A stretch of DNA of 64,000 nt from Octopus sinensis. Lineage: Eukaryota. A model generated the notes under the pieces. The model saw only the letters and a program-made list of their open reading frames with translations, had not been told where the DNA came from and made no database searches. Made by a program: the position numbers and the translations under genes. The DNA lies in the NCBI RefSeq assembly GCF_006345805.1, contig NC_043004.1, forward strand, positions 100,130,001 through 100,194,000, in the 5' to 3' direction. Shown here one piece after another: positions 55,020 to 64,000 of this stretch (the stretch's first letter is position 1; the number at the start of each line of letters is the position of its first letter).

Positions 55020-55152
55020 ATGTTCCGCGTTCAAATTTCGCCTGGGTCGATTTTGCTTTTTTCCTTTCGGGTTCGATAAAATAAAGTACCAGTCAGATAT
55101 TGGAGATGACATAATCGACTTTGCCATTACTGGACCCGTGCCAAATTTGAAA
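55020..55152 (+). mobile_element. SINE family C fragment
   Basis: gttcaaattt..ggtcgattttgc..cctttcggg.tcgataaaataaagtaccag. Confidence 0.65.
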
Positions 55153-55679
55153 GTAGCAGCAGCAGCAGCAGCAGCGCAGTAGTAGTAGTAGTATTAGTAG
55201 TAGTCAATGTGTAGGCAGTTTAGTCGACCGTAAAATGAATACAGATAGTCGTAGCTAACGGATGTTCATTATTTAAAAAAACAATGTGCAATGCAAAGTA
55301 TATAGTTTAGTTTTGTATAGAGTAGAACTGAAATAGTATTGTGCCGTTAAAGCGCTGAATCTCGTTTTCATTATTATTTTTTTTTTTTTCTTTTGGCGGG
55401 GGCCTTCTTTATTTTATTGTTCCGTGTTTTTTTCCCCTTTTTTTAGTATCGTGTGCTATAATGATGCAGGGGATAAAGATTTATTAATTCAGCAATATTG
55501 TGAAGTAGTTCAGGAATATTGTTGCCGTTGCTGTTATTGCTATAGAGCCCCTGTTTGATCCTGTATGGCAAGCCTATAATCAAAGGCCATGACGGACCGC
55601 CTCCATCGATGTGTGCTTCAGAATGCGTCATCTATTATGTTAGTTCACGAAGCGGAAACGATTTAAAAGCGAATTGGCT

Positions 55680-56075
55680 GGGCGGTATTTCGTCCGTCTT
55701 TACGACCTGAGCCCAAATTCCGCCAAGACCGACTTTGCCTTTCATCGTTTCGGAGTCGATAAAATAAGTACCAGTCGAACACTGATACTTATGTAATCGA
55801 CTTATCCTGTCCTGGAATTGCTGGCCTTGTGCCAAAATTTGAAACGAGTATTAGAATATAGCTCTTAGGAGGTGAGCTAGCAAAACTGTTAGCACGCCGA
55901 GCAAAATGTTTAGCAGCATATCGTCCGTCTTTATGTTCTGAGTTCAAATCCCAGCACCCCCGGGGTAGATCTTGCCTTAATTCCTTTTCGAGGTTAAATA
56001 AGTACTGAGGTCGATGTAACCAAATGCCCTCCCTGCCCACCGGAACCTGCTGGCATTGTGCTAATATTTTAAAAT
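55680..56075 (+). mobile_element. Two adjacent SINE family C copies
   Basis: Family core at ~55680-55848 and ~55868-56075. Confidence 0.75.
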
Positions 56076-56208
56076 ATTGATGATGGTTGTCTTAGGTTGT
56101 CCGTACTTTGTTGAACTCGACTGTGGCGCCGGGAACTGTAGAGGTGGTGATTGAGTCGGTGGCGGTGGCGGTAGTGGTGATTATGATATGGCTGCCATCG
56201 AGGGCTGA

Positions 56209-57072
56209 ATGGCGTGTGACGTAGTTGTTAGGGTAATCGATTCACGACCATGAGATCGTGAGTTCGATTCCAGGCAATGCGTTCTGTCCTCGAGTAAAAC
56301 ACTTTGTAAAACGTTGATCCCATTCCACTCAGCTGACAAATATAAGTTGTACCCATAATTCAAAGAACCAGCCATGTCACATTCTGTGTCACGCTAAATC
56401 TTCCAGAGAACTATTCGGTTGTCCGGAAAGTTCGTCCCGATTTGTAGTAGCTTAATTTTCGACTAATTTTAGAACATGTTTGAGTCCATGAATTAGGATT
56501 TGACTACACTTCCATTTAAAGCACAGTTTAAGCTATCTTTTCGTGGAAGAAGATCTATGTTCCTATAACCTGTGTTAATTCTGTAACCCTTTAAAATGGA
56601 AGATAAGGAAGTTCATTTTCTGCACTTAATGCTTTGAGAACTAGACAAAAAATTGCTGCAGCTCGGCTGGGATGTGCTACTCCACCCTCCATATTCACCA
56701 GATATTGCTCCTTCGGATTTTCACTTTTTCAGGTCTCTGCAGAATAGTCTTAATGGTAAAAAATTTCAATTTCTTGGATGACGTAAAAAGATACCTAGAT
56801 GAATTCTTTGCCATGAAACCACCTCAATTCTGGGAAGAGGGTATTTTCAAGTTAAAAGAAAGATGGAGACGCATTGTGCAACAAATTGGTTCATATTTGG
56901 CTGATTTGGTATTTGTTAACCTTTTTCTTTTCCTTAAAAATCGGCACGAACTTTCCGCACAACCCAATACATTAAGGGTACGTGCGTCTGTAGTGTGCTC
57001 AGCCACTTCAACAAGCAGACATTTCCGTTGACCGGTTCAACTGGAACCCTTGTCGTCGTAAGCGACGGAGAG
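56209..57072 (+). mobile_element. SINE (CORE-like head, family B tail) split by a mariner
   Basis: gagaacta|...|tacattaagggtac rejoins the consensus gagaactacgttaagggtac. Confidence 0.85.
56414..56967 (+). mobile_element. Internally deleted mariner (554 bp)
   Basis: TIR tt(c/g)ggttgt(c/g)cggaaagttcgt(c/g)ccgattt, TA duplication; MEDKEVHF start joined to LGWDVLLHPPYSPDIAPSDFHFFRSLQN...ERW. Confidence 0.95.
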
Positions 57073-57136
57073 CCAATTACTGAGGGTGCCCCTAATGTTG
57101 CGTTGCTCGTTGTGCTACTAGTGTCTTTGTTGTTGT

Positions 57137-57723
57137 CTTCTTCTTCTTCTTTTTCTTCCAATCAGGACTCACGCCATTAAACACAAAGAATAATCTCTAA
57201 TTCGAGCCTACTCTAAGCTATTAGAATGCGTGTGGCAACGTGAAGATCCACCCACCACACGCGATAGACTGGCGGTTGCACGGGCGCGAAAGCTACGTTG
57301 TTATTCTCATTCCGTAAACGGTGGCTTTTAACGGGTGGAGAGCTGAGCCATCCTGGGGTACAGAGGATTCGCAATCGAGACTAGGGTCTGAAACTTTACG
57401 ACACCATAGTGGGTTACGCCATGGTTCCTCTGCTTTGTTCGCAGAAGTAGGAAGAAAGCGTGAGAAAAAGTTGTGGCGAAAGAGTACAGCGGGGTTTACC
57501 ACCACCCACAGCCGGAGCCTCGTGGTCACCTATACCGATCAGCGACGACCCTGCATAGAGAGGAGGAGGAGGAACGAACGGTCCTGCGGCGGATGCCGGC
57601 GGACAAGCGAGCGAAGGCGGGCGTCTAAATGCGGGCAAACTCAAAATGCCCGGTCTGGGAATCGAAACCGCGTTCTTACGACTGCGAGTCCACGGCCCTA
57701 ACCACTTAGCCATTGCGCCTCCA
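57137..57723 (-). mobile_element. Long chimeric SINE: family B head, GC-rich insert, different 3' part, (GAA)n tail
   Basis: Head 57645-57722 and body ~57440-57523 match family B; the rest does not. Confidence 0.7.
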
Positions 57724-57756
57724 CTGTTGCTGCTGTTGCTATTGCTGCTGCTGCTG

Positions 57757-57788
<32 letters not shown>

Positions 57789-58333
57789 GGTGTTGTTGTT
57801 GTTGTTGGTAGTGGTGGTGGTGGAGCTAAAAAGGAAACACTACGTACGTGTCACAGTACATTTCACTTTGTTTTTTCTTTTGCAGTAATCGATAATTTTA
57901 AAGATCTTTATGCAGTCCAGACATAAAAAAGCATTAACGTGTCAATAAAGGATTGTATTGGTATGTTGTGATCCTAAACGGAAACTGAAAACCCAAAATG
58001 AACAATTACTATCACCAGCATGATTATTAACGACAACAACAACAAGAACAACAACAATCATTACAAAATTAAATATTCCGTTTCGTTTATTTTTGCTCTT
58101 TCTTTTTCTTGTTTAGTTTTGCTTTTAATTATTTTCGGTATTATATCGATCCAACTGAATTATATACCATCATCTCCCAGGTCACGCGACTCAGTAGTAT
58201 CACCCGCAGGATACGATTCAGGTATAAATTTGGGGTTAAGAAGTTCGTTACCCAGCGCAGCTACATAATGCAAAATTTGATTTTACAGTTTGGCATCACG
58301 TAAAGCAATTGGCTTTTATCTATTATAAGGCTT

Positions 58334-58638
58334 GGTGAGGGCGCGTGGCTTAGTGGTTAGGGCATTCGGCTCATGATCGTAAGGTTGTGAGTTCGATTCC
58401 CGGCGACGCGTTGTGTCCTTGAGCAAGACACTTTATTTCAGCTGGCAAAAATGAGTTGTACTTGTATTTCAAAGGGTCAGCCTTGTCACTCTCTGTGTCA
58501 CGCTGATTATCCCCGAGAACTACGTTAAGGGTACACGTGTCTGTGGAATGCTCAGCCATTTGCACGTTAATTTCACGAGCAAGCTGTTCCGTTGATCGTA
58601 TCAGCTGGGACCCTCGTCGTCGTAACCGGCGGAGTCTT
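58334..58638 (+). mobile_element. SINE (CORE-like head, family B tail), 13-bp TSD
   Basis: TSD tattataaggctt at 58321-58333 and 58639-58651; A and B boxes present. Confidence 0.92.
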
Positions 58639-59129
58639 TATTATAAGGCTTAGCTTGACCGATTAGCTGTCGGTGGAAACTGGTCGGCGTTATATGTGCG
58701 GAGGCATGTCGTGTCTGTGTGTATGTTTGTTTATCATGGTGTGTGTGTGTGTGTGTGTACCCGCGTGTATGTGTAGGTATATTTGCTCTTATATATGCAT
58801 ACATACACACAAATACTCACACATTCACATACACACACACACATATATACATATATACGCATGTATTACATATATATATGTATATAATGTATGCGTATAT
58901 ATATATATATATAATACGTATACACATACATACATAAACTATATTAACATATATATTCCCACACACACACACATATATATATGTGCGTATATATATGTAT
59001 ATATATATATATGTATATACATATGTATATATATCTACATATGTATATATATATATATATATATACTATATATGTATATGAATATATGCATATATATACA
59101 CACACACATATATATATATATATATATTA

Positions 59130-59177
<48 letters not shown>

Positions 59178-60705
59178 ACATAGATATACTTCATATACAC
59201 ACAACTACATGTACGTATGTAAGCATGCAGTAGGGATTCTGGGCAGATGCTGTCTGTGTCAACACACAACATAGAACAGAACAAGTTGAGCAATGGTCAA
59301 ATAAGATTGTTAGTTACTGAACTTCATGTGGTATATCTTTGAAAAGGTGACTGAGGTGTCTCTGAGGTAAGTGTCGGTGATCTGGTACATTAATAATGAA
59401 AACTAGCCATTGGTGTAGAGTTTCCTCTAGAGAATCTATTCAATGTTATCGGATACTGTTATGTATTCTTGCTGACAAAAAAAAAAAAAACACACAGAAA
59501 GCAAAAATTTACTGAATATTATACGACGTAAAAACATCTGCCGGATGTTAATCACATAAGCCATAACAGAACTTACTGCGGCATGCCTTCGTTTTGAAAA
59601 TTGGTGTTGTTGTGTATACTTAGCTGGAAAGAACGACGGTCGGACGATGACAGTAACACTATGTAACTAGATCTTGGAAACATTCGACACACAGATATAG
59701 CTGGTGTTAAAGCAAAACTCAATTTAGACAACTTGCTAAACATTGGTAACTCGCTTGAAATTTGGTTACGTATGAACAAATAATACGCCGTTTTATTTAT
59801 CAGACAGAATCTGAACAAAACACGGTTTACTGCTTTAGATAACACATCCTACACTCACAAATACTCCGGCACACACATAAACACACATCCTGTCTATATT
59901 TTTCGCCATCTCACTTTCTCCATCTTTCAATCATATATTTGTGTGTATATATATATATATATAATATATATATATATGATACACATACACACACATACAT
60001 ATATATTTATATATATATATATGTATGTATATGTATTATCCATGCAGTCTTAGTGTTGCCCAGTCAATATTTACAAGATTATTGGATTTACTGACACAGA
60101 GGAGGAGCATAAAAGAAAAACAGAAGAATATTTTCTTCTTCGTTTATTTTTATCTTCGCTTATGCTTTTCATTTTTACATTTTTTTTTCGTTTTTTTTTT
60201 GTTTCTTTTTGCTTTTTTTACATTTGAACAGAATCTCCGATATTATTTGCGGTGTGCACAGGTAATCTTATGAGGAGACTGTTTGCTCAGGGGTTTCGAT
60301 TCTTCGTTATGTCCATTTTATTTCATTTGAAGCAACACTAACTTTGTGGAAGGAATAGCGGTGACCACCGTTCGTTCTCTGTACCAAAAGTGACTGTATT
60401 CCCCTGCAGTATTACTTAAATTTTGTACAGTTTTATCATTAGAATTTTAAGTTTTATATTAGGAATTTCAGTTATAGCCACACCTTAATAACAGTTAAAT
60501 GTTGATGAGCAAATATGTAGTGTTACAGACAATTATTTTATAAATAAATTGGACAATTTTTAAACTTTCTTGATACTGCATTTAAATCTTTCTCTTTGTA
60601 CTGCGTTTCATTATCAGGCCAGTCTGTCTAATGTAATTACTGTTAGTGCCGACTATATCAAATATTTTCGCAAGTAGTGGAAACACACTAATACTGACGA
60701 GTTGA

Positions 60706-61169
60706 TTGTTGAATAGCTGTGACGAGTTTGAGTCTTTATATGTCTTTATATGGGTTTAACCTGGAGTGATAGATTGTGTGTGAGACAGACAGACTGACAG
60801 AGACAGAAACAGCCAGACGGGCAGAAAGAAGGGAAGAGAGGAGAAATTTATGACTATAGAATATGAAACTATCTTGGTATATCGTAATAGGAATTTAAGT
60901 CGCCTATTCATATTGTAAGTAAACTATGAATTTTATATACTCAGCGACGTTTGTAAAGTTTCTTAGCTCTTCTTGAATTGTTGATTACGATAATGAATTG
61001 ATTAGGATGCATATACAGTGTGAGGTAGACCGGGCGGACGGACTGTTTTGAAATGGTTATTACTCTAACATGTTTGTTAAATAGCTGTGACGAGTTTGGA
61101 CCTTTATATGGGTTCAACCTCGAGTGAAATGCTGTGTATTTGTGTGTGTGTGTGTGTGTGTGTGTGAGT

Positions 61170-61203
<34 letters not shown>

Positions 61204-61478
61204 TATACAGACAGACAAACAGAAACAGACGGACAGACAGAAAGGGAGAGAGGTGAAACATGATTATAGAATATGAAGCATTATATTAGAATATCATAAT
61301 TATGAATTTAAGTCCCCTGTCCATATTGTAAGGAAACTGAATTTTTATATACTCAGCGATGTTTGTAATATTTCACAGCCCTTCATGAATTGTTCATTAC
61401 TATAATGAATTGATCAGAATACATATAAAGAGGATGGGGCAGAGCGGACGGACTTTTTTGAAATGTCTATTATTCAAC
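60706..61478 (+). repeat. Diverged tandem duplication (~370 and ~405 bp units)
   Basis: atagctgtgacgagtttg at 60713/61081; ttttatatactcagcga at 60931/61342; gcggacggac at 61034/61444. Confidence 0.9.
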
Positions 61479-61984
61479 CCCGGAGGAGTTGTCCGACCGG
61501 TACCATTCGGCTTGTGGTGTCTTAGCCTTTTTTTTCTTTCTAGGTGAAGCCATGGCGCTGTGGACGACAGAGCATCGCGTGCTTGCCTACGTCAGTTACA
61601 TGAAGAATAACGAATCTGTCACAGCAGCTCAGCATGAGTTTCGGCGCCACTTCAACATTCCCAGAAATCAGGTTGTTCCCACCCGTAACACAATCTTACG
61701 TTGGGTGAATGCACATCGCATACGAGATACACTAATGAATAGGAGATTGGAGGGGGCACCATGAACGGTACGAACCCCCGGAAAATATGGAACGTGCCAG
61801 ACAAACATTGATACGGAGTCCGAATCGCTCAGCTCTCAGCCATTCTACTGAACTTTCCTCACTTAATTTTGACAAATGCTAATTCAGTACAAACACATGA
61901 ATATCGACACAATTTCTTTGCAGATAAAATTACTGGTTTTTTTTTAACTTTTCAAAAACGTCCGTCCTCTCTACCCACGTCATA
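61428..61984 (+). mobile_element. Deleted Tc1/mariner-superfamily element (DUF4817-like HTH N-terminus)
   Basis: From 61552 MALWTTEHRVLAYVSYMKNNESVTAAQHEFRRHFNIPRNQVVPTRNTILRWV...VRTP; imperfect TIRs agagcggacggacttttttgaaa / tttcaaaaacgtccgtcctctct. Confidence 0.8.
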
Positions 61985-62644
61985 CGTGCCTCTGTGTGTC
62001 GTAAATATAATTAGAAGCCAAGCTTACAAGCCTTTGGCGTATATTGACTTTAGAGAAAATAGTGTTATATGGGAGTATATAAACCCTCGACGGAAAAAAA
62101 GGGGGCATTAGTACGCTCTCCATGTATACTAATGCCAAATCATTTTCGTTCGTGGCTTTATATGCCCCAATATTAGACTATTTTCTATAGTCAATATACG
62201 GTAAAAACTTATAAGCTTAAGCTTATAATTATATTTATGTATGTATGTATGTATGTATGTATGTATGTATGTACGTATGTATGTATGTATGTATGTATGT
62301 ATGTATGTACTACGCAGACATAGATTATCAACGAACTTTGATTACTTTCATATGTAGTACGCAACATAAAATACGACTAGAGTATTCCACATTTTTGTTA
62401 TTGAATATTTTCACACTCCATTGTTGTCCAGACTATTAATAAAGATGAATGTATGTATGATCGTGCGTGTATGTTTAGGCACGCGTGTGTGTGTTTCTGT
62501 GTGTGTCAGTGTACGTGCGTGCGTATTAGTATCCATGTGTTTCTGTGTGTGCGCGCAGATTCGTAGAATGTTAATCGGCAGACCTTCGTATTTATATGTA
62601 TGTAAGAACATACAGGTATTAGATGGTATATATATATATATAAT

Positions 62645-62699
<55 letters not shown>

Positions 62700-62714
62700 T
62701 ATATAATAATAGTT

Positions 62715-62957
62715 ATCGTCTGTAGCTGCCGGTCAAGTAGTGTGGAGCGACTGACCTCCCTTGTTCGAAGGTTATATGGATACAGTTTGTGTATCAAATA
62801 GCTAACTTAAGGCGATGGCCTCATGGAGCTAATAAGCGGACAGCTTTATTCTTATTTTTATAAGAATACCATATTAGTATGGCGATAACTATTATTTTCC
62901 GGGAACGCTGCCGCTGTTCTCTTTTAGAGAGACTTAGTAATTTTAATATTTCTATTA
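62715..62957 (+). mobile_element. Family D element, diverged copy
   Basis: Aligns with 21950-22159; (TA)n flanks. Confidence 0.75.
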
Positions 62958-63027
62958 TATATATATATAATATATATATGTATGTATGTATGTATTTATG
63001 TATGAGTGTATGTATGTATGTATATCT

Positions 63028-63490
63028 GTAAATATAATATGTGATAATTATTCGGTAGCCATGACAAAACACCGAGTTTCGGATGTCGGGGTGAATGAGT
63101 ATATATTTATAGGCGCATGTACGTGGATGTACGGGCGCGCATATGTATGTATGGACATGCGTGCTTACGCGAATACTATGAACATTTTTACTCATTTACC
63201 TTTACTCCCTCCCCTCACTTAGCGGTCATTCTAATAGCTCTTTTGTCTTAATAACGGTCAATCACACAGTAATTTCCCTTTCTTTAACGGTCATTTTCAT
63301 AGAATTGTTTTCGATGGCCCGATAACTGAAGAAATGGCGTTGTGGGTTTCCGCTCCGACATCTGAAACTCAGAGTTTCATCATGGCTACCAAATAATTGG
63401 CACATATTATATTTACAAATAAATTCCTCTATTTACATAATGTCGAGGTCTCTTTTATTCTTTTGTTGTCTTACCATTTCTACCAATACA
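63028..63490 (+). mobile_element. Fold-back PLE pseudo-LTR remnant with hammerhead motif at 63321-63381
   Basis: Imperfect arms ~63028-63092 / ~63354-63418; GAUAA-CUGAAGA-AAUGGCG..CGACAUCU-GAAA-CUCAGAG-UU^UCAUC. Confidence 0.65.
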
Positions 63491-63532
63491 ACACACACCC
63501 ACATACATATATATATTTATACATATATATAT

Positions 63533-63595
<63 letters not shown>

Positions 63596-63596
<1 letters not shown>

Positions 63597-64000
63597 TAAG
63601 TAATTAAGGGTTTAGCAACGATTTGCCTCACCACACACCGAAATTTAGAAATAGCAGTCAAAGAGTTATAGCTATTCTTTCTACTAAAAGGGAGATCTCA
63701 GTAAAACCACAGCACTTGAAAGGCAAACACAGACAGGCAAGAGAGGAAGAAATGACGGCAATCTATCATACAATTTTAAGTCACCTACGGACGTACGTTT
63801 CGAAATTAAATTTTAGGAAAGCATAAGAATTAGATAATTATGTCTTACCCAACTTCTTTTCTCATCAGCGTAGGACACTACAATTATGAATAATTGTATA
63901 TTAAATTTCGAGGTACTAGAAGGCACCATCTCAACTCAGTATCAGAGCGAGCTAAAGCCGTTACCAGTATCACCAAATTCAAAGTTTGAATGAAAGTTTG
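63596..64000 (-). mobile_element. TA-flanked element sharing the ttgactgctatttc motif with 49603-49971
   Basis: gaaatagcagtcaaa at 63648 is identical to 49740; starts at a (TA)n tract. Confidence 0.35.

Overview
AT-rich, microsatellite-saturated animal non-coding DNA (intron or intergenic). The SINE families and repeat make-up look like an octopus genome, but that is my inference from recognising the repeats. No complete protein-coding gene is supported; nearly all long ORFs in the track are microsatellite artefacts. Content: about 25 copies of three tRNA-derived SINE groups; decayed Tc1/mariner transposons (a near-full-length DD34E Tc1 at 50.7-52.0 kb, two mariner derivatives, two DUF4817/Tc3-like fragments); LINE fragments (Dong/R4-like, CR1-like, RT remnants); and one 100-N gap. 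The main unexplained structure is a dispersed set of short non-coding fold-back elements in (TA)n tracts, each built as inverted arm + spacer + arm + unpaired tail, as in Penelope-like element (PLE) pseudo-LTRs. At least six unrelated elements carry minimal type-I hammerhead-ribozyme-like motifs with palindromic helix III, several with atypical cores or very long loop II. A second, hammerhead-less group of three diverged families shares a covarying multi-stem RNA fold that I cannot assign to a known class. One candidate host exon lies on the minus strand at 44.35-44.54 kb. All folds were done by eye, and element boundaries are approximate unless a TSD or TIR is stated.
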